A stretch of DNA of 62,628 nucleotides, filler included, from Chiloscyllium plagiosum (Eukaryota), in the NCBI RefSeq assembly GCF_004010195.1. It is 5 parts of one record of this genome, joined end to end, with 100 filler letters (N's around TTAATTAATTAA, not from the genome) between each part and the next. Parts side by side here need not be neighbours in the genome. Positions count along the whole stretch, not along the records: positions 38,290 to 50,954 come from NC_057714.1; 4 more parts are not named here. One strand, written 5' to 3'. Below, piece by piece: positions 38,645 through 50,433 of this stretch (position 1 is the stretch's first letter; each line of letters opens with the position of its first letter). The position numbers and the translations under genes were made by a program. The notes below the pieces were generated by a model. That model was not told where the DNA came from and made no database searches. It saw only the letters and a program-made list of their open reading frames with translations.

Positions 38645-39129
38645 TTTGCTAAAAGATCTAACTATTTTTCGGAGGGAATTTCAACTCGAATGTGCTGACT
38701 AACATTGCTGCTAACTGCAGTATTTTTTTAAGAAAAGCATCAAACACCACCGATCGGCAAAGGAATACCGGCCTTGAAAAGATTCCGGATAATCGGATTT
38801 ACATTATTAGCATTGCTTGCATAAACCCATTCTTAATGATTTAGGGGTCTAGGTGTTGAAATTTGAACAAACTGAAGATTTAAGGACTGAAATGTTCATA
38901 GAAATATGCAGTACAACGATGAGAAATGCAAAGGAAAAATAAAGCCAGGTTTGATTTCAGAATTGTTTTCTTCCAAAATGTTGATATACCGTTTTCTCAG
39001 TATTAATCTTTTACTTTATTTCCGGCATTCTCGGTTTTGTAATTTGAGCAACAACAAAAAAAATGATTTCCTTTCCTTGGAGATGTCGTGTTTACAGTAG
39101 AACATGTGAAAGGCTCACTGTAATCTTTC

Positions 39130-39321
39130 CAAGCAGCTATTGGCGCAGCTTTTAAGAAGGAAGTGTGTCATTGAGAGACAACTTCCAGCTCAGTTTGTAT
39201 GAACTGTGCTTGTGCACAGAAATACACATGTTCGTTTCCGAGTAGTCCCGGAAATCCCTGCATTCTTCATTGACTCTCAGTTACAGGCGGGGTATTAATG
39301 TGTCTTTGTGTACCGGTGAGT
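39130..39321 (+). promoter_or_regulatory. Candidate MTERF1 promoter and non-coding first exon
   Basis: A non-repetitive, CpG-retaining island between repeats. It contains an inverted CCAAT (ATTGG, 39139), ETS-like GGAAGT/ACTTCC/CCGGAA, a GC box (GGCGGG) and a strong donor CCG|gtgagt at 39316-39321 that could splice to the acceptor at 43481. Confidence 0.5.
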
Positions 39322-40049
39322 TCTGCATATAATCCAAAACAAAATTATTTTAAGTGGCTATTTTTGATTTTATGGCAAGCGCTTTGCCTCTGGTTTGGTT
39401 TTCCCTTTTCAAGGAGCTTAGACGGCTGTATGGTTTCAATGTGCGCGGAGTTAAAGGATTTTAGACAGTCTGAGAGAAACGGGAGTCCCGATAATAAACA
39501 AATTAAAAGTAGCCGAGATGGAACAGAAATTAGATCAGCAAAAGACAAGGTGCGTTTGCAAAGTTTCTGATCTGTTTATTGTGGTGAATAATTATTGTTT
39601 TCTCCACTTTTCGCCTTGGGCGGCCTGCAAGTTTATTCTGTTTTCAGATGCCTAACTGGTTTCTCAGTCAAGGCGATAGGTTATCTGCTTATTTTGCAAA
39701 AGAGTCACCCCTCTCCATTCTGAAATTCCAGTGACGATGACTAACTGATCCCGCGTCCACAACATTTTTTGCTCTGGTTCCCATTTTCAACCGATAAAGC
39801 TATTTTTTTTTACCACTTGCACTTAAGTCAATAGTGAGGAAATTATTCCAGAATTTGGCATCAGTTGTACCTGCCATTCTGTCCTCCTGTCTTTTTGTAA
39901 ACCCACGCTGTTGTCGTTATTCTGCATCACGAATCAGCCGTCCATTCAACTGAACTAACGATACATATTTTTTATGAATATGACCACTAACATTAAGACA
40001 TACTCTCCCTGGCTCATGATTTCTGTAAATTTATGAACATTCCAGTTAG

Positions 40050-42300
40050 GAGCTGCAGTAGGCTATTCTCGGGTCTACCCCACCCCATTCTGTGAGATCA
40101 TAGCTGATCTGTTTATATTTTGAATTATTTTCTACCCCATAACCTTTGATTCCCTCCATAACAAGAATCTATCAACCTCTGCTTTTAAAATTATTCAGTG
40201 ATCCTGTCTCTGCTGCCTTCTGATAGAGTTCAAAGGATGTATAACACCAAATGAAAAAAAATCTCCCCATCTCAGTCCTAAAAGGGTGATTCCTAATTTT
40301 TAGACAGTGTCCCCTCACTTTATGAATATGACCACTAACATTAAGACATACTCTCCCTGGCTCATGATTTCTGTAAATTTATGAACATTCCAGTTAGGAG
40401 CTGCAGTAGGCTATTCTCAACTATGCTGTGGATAAAGGGGACCTGCAGATGTACTGTTGATTCATCCACAAGAGGATCCTTTTCATCCCCATTTTATCAA
40501 GTGCATTCAGGATTTTCTGTACTTCAATCATGTCACTTTCTAAACTCCAGTGGAAACAAGCCCAATCTGTGCAGATATTCCTTATAAGACAATCTGCGCA
40601 TTCCGAGTATCAATTTAGTGAAGCTGCTGTGAGCTGCTTTCAATGCATTTACATAATTGTTAAAAAAAAAGATTAAAACTGCATTCAACATTCGAGATGA
40701 AGTCTCACCAATGTTCTGTATAACTGAAGCATAATGTCTACTTTTATGTTAAACTCTTCTTGTAATGGAATGCTTTTTAGCCTTTTTAATTACATGTACC
40801 TGAATGCTAACCTTTTGTGACTTGCGCACTCAAAAACCTGGATCCTCTGCACCCTACAGTCATTCTTCATTTAAGTAATACTCCACTTTTATATTCCTTG
40901 CTGAAGTGAACAACCACATATTTTCCCACACTATAGTTCATCTGCCAGATCTTTTTGGTCACTTGCTTGGCTTATCCATGTTTCTTTGCATTTTCCTTCT
41001 GTACTCATTACAACATAGTTTCCTACCCATCTTTGTGTCATCTGCAAATTTAGCTACCATGCCTTCACTTCCCTTATCATAGAATCCCTACAGTGTGGAA
41101 ACAGGCCTTTTGGCCCAAGAAGTCTACACTGACCCTCCAAAGAGCCAAGACCCATTCCCCCCTACCCCATATTTACCCATGACTAATGCACTTAATCTAC
41201 ACATCCCTGAACACAATGGGCAATTTAGCATGGCCAATTCACCTAAACTGCACATCATTGGATTGTGGAGGAAACCCGCACAGACATGGGGCGAATGTAC
41301 AAATTCCACACAGTCACCCGAATCCTGAATTGAACCTGGGCCCCTGGTGCTATGAGGCAGCAGTGCTAACTACTGAGCTACTCCAAGTCTTTGATGTAAA
41401 TTTTAAAATGCTGAGGGATCTGGGCAGGCACCTGTGGTACTCATTCTTGATTAGTAAGGGGATCAAGAGTTACAGAGAGAAAACAGGAGAAAGGAGTTGA
41501 GAAACATATCAGCATGACTAAATGGCTTAATTCTGCACCTATATCTTATGGTCTTTTGATCTCATCTCATCCTCCAAATTATAAGACAGTCAGCAGGCAA
41601 TTACCATGGGCTCATAACTTGCGCAATAACCTTTTATGTGGCACCTTGTCAAATACCTTTGGAAATCCAAGTACAGTACATCTGCAGGTCCCCTTTATCC
41701 ACAGCACCCTTTACTCTTTTATAAGAACTCTAATAAATTGCTTAAACAAGATTTCCTTTTCACAAAGTCACACTGACTCTTCCCTATTACCATGAAATTT
41801 TCTAAGTACACACCTATAACTAACCACATTAATGATGGACTTTAACACCCTTCCTATGATATAATTCAAGCTTGTGGTTTCTGCCTCCCTCCCTTCTAGG
41901 ATAGAGGGGTTATATTTGTTATCTTCTAGTTTCAGGAACCTTACCAGTGTTTAGGGAATTTTGGAATATTTATAATAAGGCTTCTATTACCTCAATAACC
42001 CTCTCTTTTTAAGAGCCAGGAATACAGCTTCACCAGTTTGCTCAGTACCATTTTCCTGATCCTTCTACTTTTTGATGTACAGCTATAGCTAGATTATTTT
42101 GTAACCTTCACGTTTAAGACAGAAGCAAAATATTTGTTAATTTAATCTACCATCCCTTATTATCAAATATCAATTTCCATTCTCATTCTGAGAACCAGCA
42201 CTCACTTTAATTTCTGTTTTCCTTTTTAAGTACCTGTAGAAGCTCTTGGTATCTGTTGTTACATATCTAGCTAGCTTCTTCATGCTGTAATTTATTTTCT
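40050..42300 (-). mobile_element. Old degenerate CR1 with nested HE1 SINE (about 41079-41380, minus)
   Basis: tttgtgtcatctgcaaattt (reverse complement of KFADDTK), ggcaccttgtcaaatacc (FDKVP) and a SINE V-domain remnant. Confidence 0.7.
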
Positions 42301-42310
42301 TCTGATCGAT

Positions 42311-42624
42311 GGGCGGCACGGTGGCACAGTGGTTAGCACTGTTGCCTCACAGCGCCAGAGACCCGGGTTCAATTCCCGCCTCAGGTGACTGACTGTGCAA
42401 ACTCCACACATTCTCCCCGTGTCTGCGTGGGTTTCCTCTGGGTGCTCCGGTTTCCTCCCATAGTCCAAAGATGTGCAGGTCAGGTGAATTGGCCATGCTA
42501 AATTGCCCGTAGTGTTAGGTAAGGGGTTAAATGTAGAGGTATGGGTGGTTTGCGCTTCGGCGGGTCGGTGTGGACTTGTTGGGCCGAAGGGCCTGTTTCC
42601 ACACTGTAAAGTAATCTAATCTAA
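42311..42624 (+). mobile_element. Full-length HE1-like V-SINE
   Basis: A/B boxes, V-domain, CR1-like 3' tail gggccgaagggcctgtttcc and an (aatct)n end. Confidence 0.92.
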
Positions 42625-43527
42625 AAGTACAGCTCCCACTTCCCCAGAACTAGAACCCTCCTTCAAAATCTTCAACACCACTCTTTAATTCAGTCATTAT
42701 TCATTTTGCTAATGTTATGTGCCCTTCACCAATTAGTTCGTGGCTGAGGAAATAATTCAGAGATTATTAACGTTGAGGTTATGTTTTCCAATTTTATGCA
42801 TAGCTTCTCAGTGTCTCATCAGAGCCTCTTGTCCTGCTATGTCATTATCACTTGCATGGACTACTACAACTGATCCTTGTCTTGCTCCATATTTCTATCC
42901 AGCCCTGAGCAATGTCCTGAACCCTGTCACTAGATGGGAAACTTCGCTTTCTGGACTCTGAACAATATCTGTTTCCCTCACCATACTATCCCCTACTACC
43001 ATTACATCCCTTTTTGTTCTCCTCCCAATTGAATGGTTTTCTGTAAAATGGTGCTGTAAGTTCTGCTTCAAGTGTTCCTAAGGCACACACCATCTTAACT
43101 TGGATTTTTTTTGCCGTACCTTCACTGGTGCTTGATCAAAACCTAGAAGTTCCTTTACAGCACTAGTAGGTGTTGCTACACCAGGTTTACTGCAGTGGTT
43201 CAAGAAGGTGGTTCACTCGCTTGCCAAAGGCAATTTGGGATGTGCACCAAATCCTTTTCAGTGGTGTTCACATTGCTTTAAATAATATTATTTCTGTGAT
43301 AATGTAATAATCTACCTTGTCAGCATAAACTGGGAGATATTGATTTTTATTCTTAATCCTCATTTCTGGCATTTATTTAAAAACATTAACAAAACTGTAA
43401 TAACTACAGAATTCAATTTTTAAAACGATTTAATTTAAGTAACACCAGTAACATTGCTTATTCTTTCTTCGATGTATATAGGTTTGAAAGACTGTAACCA
43501 GAGAGTATATCTGGTTATTGTGGAGAT

Positions 43528-44676
43528 ATGGCAGCCAGGATGGTAGCCCAAGCAATGAACATTTATCTGTGCAGAACAAGATTTCCTGATTTACCAAACT
43601 GCTTTCCATCTGCATGGTTTAAGCCATCATATTTGAGACTCTGTGCTTTTAGTTGCAATCATGCAACTGAGGCAATCCAAAAATCAGAAAATGCAGCTTT
43701 GTTAAGCAATTTGTCTATTTTGGGTGTGGATATTAAGATGGCCCAGAAGAGGCAGCCTGGAGTCTTCAGAAAAGTGGTCACTAATGAAGAGGGTGTAGCC
43801 GATTTCTTGAGAAGCAAGGGTGCCAATTGCAAGACCATTGCCAGTGTTATCTCAAGGTACCCTCGAGCCATCACACGTTCCTATCACCACCTTGAAGAAA
43901 GATGGCAATTATGGCGAAGCATTTTCAAGACAGATTCTGAGATCATATGCATTATTGAGCGTTCTCCAGAATCATATTTTCGTTCAAGTGACAATGGAAA
44001 TTTTGAAAAAAATATCAGTTTTCTTTATTCTCTTGGCTTAACCTCAAAGGACTTGCATCGCATTTTAACTACTGCTCCACGAGCATTCTCAAATAGTTTG
44101 GAACTAAACAAACAGATGGCAAAACTTCTACGAGATCTTGGTGTTAGTTTAGGCAATGAGAATCCAGATGATTTTGTTAAACGGATTATTACTAAAAATG
44201 CTTACATACTTATAAGAAGCACTAAACGGATAAAAACCAATGTAGACTTTTTCAGAGAAGCACTTGAACCAAGTAACAGTGAACTTATAAAACTTCTTCA
44301 GGGGCAAGGCGCTGAAGTTTTGGACCTCTCGACTGACTACATGAAAAGAAATTTCAAAAATATAAGCGAACAGTTGTATTCATTAGGATGCAGCACTGAG
44401 GAAGTGCAGAAATTCTTTTTGGATTATCCACCAGCCTTTTATGCTTCATTTGAAAAACTTTCCAATAAAATCGACTGTCTCCTAGAAAGTGAAATTAATA
44501 TTAAACAACTATTAAATAAGCCAAGAATATTGGAATTCAGTGCAATCAATTTGAAGAATCGTATAAAGGAGCTAGAACGGGTTGGATATGACTTTACAAA
44601 ACATGGTGTGACCATTTTAGATTCTAGTAGAAGACGATTTGAAGCAAAATTAGGAAAGCTAAATAAAGAGGAATAG
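43528..44676 (+). CDS. MTERF1: Mitochondrial transcription termination factor 1 (382 aa, whole CDS in one exon)
   Basis: Intact ORF with MTERF1-type motifs (LLSNLSILGVDIKMAQKRQPGVF, ISRYPRAITRS, ERSPESYFRS, APRAFSNSLELNKQM) and a basic presequence-like N-terminus. Acceptor ttctttcttcgatgtatatag ends at 43481, with an in-frame TAA before the ATG. Confidence 0.95.
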   Translation: MAARMVAQAMNIYLCRTRFPDLPNCFPSAWFKPSYLRLCAFSCNHATEAIQKSENAALLSNLSILGVDIKMAQKRQPGVFRKVVTNEEGVADFLRSKGANCKTIASVISRYPRAITRSYHHLEERWQLWRSIFKTDSEIICIIERSPESYFRSSDNGNFEKNISFLYSLGLTSKDLHRILTTAPRAFSNSLELNKQMAKLLRDLGVSLGNENPDDFVKRIITKNAYILIRSTKRIKTNVDFFREALEPSNSELIKLLQGQGAEVLDLSTDYMKRNFKNISEQLYSLGCSTEEVQKFFLDYPPAFYASFEKLSNKIDCLLESEINIKQLLNKPRILEFSAINLKNRIKELERVGYDFTKHGVTILDSSRRRFEAKLGKLNKEE

Positions 44677-45742
44677 CTATGCTGGTTCCTTGATTTGATG
44701 AGTCTTGTATCATTCTATATACTCTGAATGGTGCTATCATTTTTAACATGACTTTTGAATTTAACATTGTATATAGAAAAGTGATTGAGGGCTTGTTAAA
44801 TTATGCAGTGTTATGAGCAGTTAAAATAATTAGCTTGTTACAGTAAGCATTATTGTACTTAACTTTGTGTCATCTATGTAATGCTAACAGTAATAGCCAT
44901 TTTTCATTAATTAAAGTTTAAAGTTAATTTGAAAGTTAGTTTTACATTCTTCCCTGAATGTGTCAATACCAGCCATTTGTTATGCAACATTGTTCACTCC
45001 ATATTTTCCCACCTCTAAGTTCCTGCCAAGTTAAGGTAGAAGAGTCCTGTACATTTTCACTCTGACACCCAGGTTTAAATCTCAGAACAGTTTCTTTGTA
45101 GGATTGTTATTGAAATGTGACTTTATTGAAGGAAAGAACATTGCTTGTTTGTACAGAACTTAAATACAGAGGCAAAATTTTCATCTTGCACTCATCACTT
45201 GAAAGGAAAGAACAATTTATTCTTTTTTTTTAAAGTAGGCCCCAGACTCAAAAGCTCTCACCTCCTTCTGCTTCTGCCTCCTCCTCCTCCTCTTCTTCTT
45301 CCTTCCTTTAGCTCTCTGGATGTGGGGCAGCTAGTCCAGGGACAGTTCCCTTCAAGGAGGAGAGTCCTTGCATGCGCACGCACACACACTCTCACTGATC
45401 CAATTCTCAACAGGGAAAACACCCGAGTGGCCAGTGACAAGCAGTGCCCTTCACATTGCTGTTTATCGTTTTCTTTTTTTTAAACTCCCCTTTTTCTTTT
45501 TTTTTCCTATTCTTAAACCCCCACACTACCGCCTAACCGCGGTAGTGCTTATTTTTTTTCCCCAGCACCCACGGTGTGTGTGTGCGGGTGTTATACACAG
45601 TGAAAGACACAAGGTCCACAAATCTTTATTCAATTTCCACCACCAGGAAGACAGGAAAACACCCAAGTGGCCAGTGACAAGCATTGCCCTTCACATCAAA
45701 GGGCAATGCTGTGTGATCAAACAGTGAAGGGGAGGGTAGGGA

Positions 45743-48569
45743 CTAAATCAAAATAGCGTTGGAGGGGGAAATGATGCACTTCACTCCCTGCGGCGCCCAC
45801 CTCTCCCTGAACAACTCTAGGGTGTTGGTGGACACCGCGTGCTCCTTCTCCAAGACCATGTTCCAGACAGTGATCAGGTCCTGGTAAAAGACAGGCAGCG
45901 TCTTGAGGGCGACCTCCAAACCGTCACGGTCGACGAACAGGAGCTGCGTGTCGTAGTTGAGGCTACGCACCTGGCGGAAAAAATACGTCTCTGCTCGCCA
46001 GGACGCACCACCTCGGAGGCAGCTCGCCGCAAGGTCTGAAGGCAGAATGTCGCGACCTGGGTGCGGACGCACACCAGCGACTGACCGCCCTCCTCAATAG
46101 GGATCCAGTGCATCTTTTTGTCCCAGAAGAAATCGACCAACGTTCTCTGGACGTCAGCGACAAAGCCAGGAGGAGGGACCAAAGTGACCAGCCGGTACCA
46201 CAGCATGGCGGCCACCAGCTGGTTTATGACCAGCACTCGACTCCTGTAAGATAGCACTCGGAGCAGTCCTGTCCAGCGGCCTAGGCGAGCCGAGACTTTG
46301 GCCTCCAGCTCCTGCCAGTTGGCCGGCCAGGATTCCTCAGCCGGGCTGAGGTAGACCCCCAGGTAGAGGAGATGGGTGGTACTCCAGCTGAACCCCCGTA
46401 ACTCCTCCGGCAGAGAGTCCACCCGCCACGGGCCGACCAGTAGTCCGGAACATTTGGCCCAGTTGATCCTGGCGGAAGACGCCGCCGAGTACACGGCCTG
46501 GCACTCGCGCACCCCCCCCAGGTCAGTCGGGTCGGTGAAAGTGAGGAGCACGTCGTCGGCGTACCGAACCCGAATGCCTGCAGAGCCCCGAGCAGGTACT
46601 CGTGATCGACCCTGTCGAACGCCTTCTCCTGGTCGAGAGACAGGAAGGCGCTCGGCAGACCAGCCCGTCGACAGAAATGGATCATGTCCCGGACCAGGTG
46701 GACGTTACCGTGTATCCTCCGGCCCGGGACTGTGTAGGACTGGTCCGGGTGAATCATGTGGGCCAGCACGGAGGCCAGGAGAGAAGACAACACCCTGGCG
46801 AAGATTGTGTAATCCGTGCTGAGGAGGGAGACCGGATGCCAGTTCTTTAAGGAACGAAGGTCCCCCTTCTTTGGCAGCAGGACGATGACCGCCCTGTGCC
46901 AAAAAGGGGCAGCTGTCCGGCATTTAAACACTCCCCCAGGACCTGTGCGTAGTCGCTCCCCAAGTCGACCCAGAACACCCTGAAGAACTCCACAGTCAGC
47001 CCGTCCAGCCCCGGGGTTTTGCCCCTCGAGAGCCGGTCGAGGGCGCCGGTCATCTCCTCTAAAGTGACAGGAGCGTCGAGCCTTCCGGCGTCCTCCGGGC
47101 TGAGCTGCAGCAGGTCCTCCCTCAGACCTCTGCGAGCATCCTCGCTGGACGGATCCAGAGAGAACAGAGCCGTGTAATATTTTCGGACGTGGGCCCTGAT
47201 GCCCTCCGGATCCGAGACGAGGGACCCGTCGTCGGCCAGCAGCACAAGGAGCTGCTGACGGGTGCCACGCCTTTTTTCCAGCGAGTAGAAGAAGGGGGAG
47301 CCGCGGTCCAGGTCCTGGAGGAGCTGGATCCGCGACCTCACGTACGCGCCCCGAGCCCCGACGAGCTGCAGGTCCCGGAGCGCAGCCTTCTTCTCTTCGT
47401 ACGCCACGCGCAGGGCCGGGTCCGCGTCGGGCTGACCGAGGCGTAACTCCAGGTCGAGCAACTCCCTCTCCAACTCCCCGATCCTGGATTTCCGCCTCTT
47501 GGTTGACCCCCTCGCGTACTCCTGACAGAAGACGCGGACGTGAGCCTTGCCCACGTCCCACCATAGCCTCAGGGAGGGGAAGCTTCCCCGCTTCCTTCTC
47601 CAGCCGGTCCAGAAACGACAAAACGAGTCCCGGAACGGCTCGTCTTCCAGCAGCAGGTTGTTAAAGTGCCAGTACGCGGAGCCGAGCCTGGCGCCGAACG
47701 GAAGGAGTTCCGCCCACACCAGGTGATGGTCCGTGCACGGCACCAGCCGCGTGGAGGCCTTCAGAAAACAGGAGGCGTACGCTCGCGAAACGTACAGGCG
47801 CTCTGGACGCTCTGACCCCAGGCCTCACGAAGGTGAAGGCGATGGAGTCGGGATGGAGATTCCGCCAGACGTCCACCAGGTCGAAGGACTTGACCAAGTC
47901 CCCCAACAGGTGATGGTCCGTGCACGACACCAGCCGCGTGGAGGCCTTCAGAAAACAGGAGGCGTACGCCCGCGAAACGTACAGGCGGTCGATTCTGGAC
48001 CCTCTGACCCCAGGCCTCACGAAGGTGAAGGCGATGGAGTCGGGATGGAGATTTCGCCAGACGTCCACCAGGTCGAAGGACTTGACCAAGTCCCCCAACC
48101 TCTTCCCCGACGCCCAGCCAGTGCGGGCACCGCCGTGGTCCCTGCCCTCGAGGACAACGCACTGGTTCTCATCGATGGAAGCGAGATGAGCGGACACTTC
48201 TTCGAAGAAGCTCGCTTGCCTTGGCCCGGCCAGGGAAGCGTAGACGTTCACCAAGTGAAGCACCGCGCCCCCCAGCCGAACCGTCAGGTGAAGCAAACGG
48301 CCTGGCACCGGCTCCCTGACCCCCAAGATCTCCGGCTGAAAATGCGGGGCCAACAGGATAGCCACCCCGCCAGAGCTGCGGGTGAGGTGACTCATGTAGA
48401 CCCCCCCTCGCCACTCCAGGAGCCAGGTGGCTTCGTCTCCCGGGGTAGTGTGGGTTTCTTGCAGGAAGCACACCGCATACCTCCCGTCCCGAAGGACCGA
48501 GAGGGTCTGGAATCTGCGCTGCGACCCCCTGCTGCCGTTGATGTTGAGGCTGGCTATAGTTGTCTCCAT
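45743..48569 (-). pseudogene. Tx1 ORF2 (AP endonuclease plus reverse transcriptase), disrupted
   Basis: METTIASLNING, FLQETH, VNVYA, SRIDRLY, TDHH, KTPGLDGLTVEFF, KNWHPVSLLSTDY, SLDQEKAFDRVDH and YADD (46552-46563); C-terminus FRERWAPQGV..LI*. Confidence 0.92.
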
Positions 48570-48628
48570 GTCGGAAGCGTTGTGCAACCACCACCAGTAC
48601 AATTAACAAACCTGTATATATATATATA

Positions 48629-50433
48629 TTTACAGGGAGGACGAGGGAGGGGCACTGAAGTCTCTCGCCCTCACCAGGAGTGCCCCCAGGAAGTTCCTGA
48701 CTCGCTTTCGCTCATTAATGCCGAGCCCAGGCGCGTGGCGAGCAGCGTGGGCCGACCAGTAAACTCAAAGGAGCTCCAGCGGTCGAGCGCCAGTTGTGCT
48801 CTATCCCGGCGACCCAGAGTTTCCTCGACAAATTCCCGGAGTTCCTCGAAGGGGATGAGGGGGAGATCGTGGGGGGCACCCGGGACTCAAAAATGTCACT
48901 GCAGACAGAGTCCGCGTCGTCCCCGGTGTCCGCCACCGATCCCGAACCCTCCTCCGGGAGGTCGCCCTCAGTCACCGACCCCTCCCCAACTGAGAGGATG
49001 GGGGCTGGTCCAGCGCCACCAACTGGCCTCAAACCCCCGGCGACCCCACCCCCAGGGTCACCGGCGGTACCTTCCTCGGCGCACCCCTTCCCGGAAGACC
49101 AAGTTCGGGTCATCGGGCGGCAGAGGCTCGGGGCCCTGCTCCTCTCGACACTGGGACGCCTGACTCCTCGGGGAAAAGGTCATCCCCCAGGAAAAGGTCA
49201 TCCCCCAGGGTCAAGGCCCCCGGAAAAACAGTCTGGGAGGGAGGAGCGAGGATAACACCCTCCTCCCCTCCACCGCTCGACGACCCAGCAGAGGGTCCTC
49301 CATCGTTGCCCGCACCACAGCCCTCGTGGTTGTTAAGGTCCTCCCCAGGGGCCGGATGAGTCGAGGCAGCAGGAGGCCCTGCTGCAGCCCCTGGGGGTTT
49401 TGCTAAGTCAGGCCGCGGTACGGGACAGTCGTGGGGCACCGTTGGTTCATCCCCTGGAGAGGGGCAGCACCGCTGGCGCACTGCTGGAGTGTCTCTCCCC
49501 TCCAGGGACCAGTGCCTCTTCCCCAGAGAGACCGGGGGGAATTTATAGGCCTTCTCCTCCCCACCCGCCTCAGTGGTCATGGGGCCCGAGGTCTCTCCCC
49601 CCAGCCTTTCCCGGAATACGAATGGGTGGGGGAAGACAGGGGGCGTGGCCAGGGTGGGGAGGGCCAGCCGTGTCGCTTCCTGCCCCGCACCTGGTTTATC
49701 AGGTGAGGGTGGGCGGGGCAGGGGCCTAGTTCCCTCTCCGGGACCCGGAGATACGGTCGCTGCAAGAGATGGAGCAGCGGTGGTTACCCCCAGGTTAGTG
49801 CCAGGGCATGGCTGGGTTGGGCAGGGCTCTCGCTCCCCTGGGCGAGGTGTTGCAGTGCCAGGGGCAGGCGTTGAATCCCAAGGGGTTTCTCTATCGGGGT
49901 GGGGAGTGGGTGTGGGGTCAGTGGGGTTAGGGTCAGGTACGGGTTCGGGGGTTTGAGGGTTAGGGTTCCCGCTCCAGGGCGACACTGGCACGGCCGCAGG
50001 GGCATTGTCGTGCCGGGGCAGGGCAGGTCGTGGGCTAGGTGTCAGGGAAGGGGATAGGGTGGTCTCCCCGTGGTCAGGCTTGACGCGCCGCGTCTTTTTC
50101 GGCGCCTTCTGGCCCCCCTCCCTACCAGAGGCTGAAGTGTTGGGAGCCTCTGGCTTCGGTGCCGGGGCTGGAGGTGTTGGCTTCGAGGGAGGGGGAGTGT
50201 GTGCGGCGGCACCACCATCAGCCGTTGGCACGGGCTGGGCAGCCTTCTGGGTGGGGCAGTTTTTCCTTATGTGCCCCACCTCGTGGCACAGGTGGCACCG
50301 CACGCCGTCCGCCGTCCAGAAGGCGCGGTAGGCCGCGCCCTCGTGGAGGACGGTAAAATTGCCCTCGGTGACTTCCTCCCGGGCCAGACAAATAAATACC
50401 TGGCGTCAGAAGGTGTAGATGTGTCTTAGGGCA
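48629..50433 (-). pseudogene. Tx1 ORF1 (gag-like zinc knuckle, Pro-rich), frameshifted
   Basis: RCHLCHEVGHIRKNC (CX2CX4HX4C) followed by a long Pro-rich region split over several frames. Confidence 0.85.

Noticed and set aside
45600..45712. HDV-like ribozyme in the Tx1 3' UTR
   Set aside because: Only simple hairpins can be drawn; I could not fit the nested double pseudoknot.
47733..50356. Long plus-strand ORFs (476 aa and others)
   Set aside because: Antisense shadows of the GC-rich Tx1 coding sequence with no recognisable domains.
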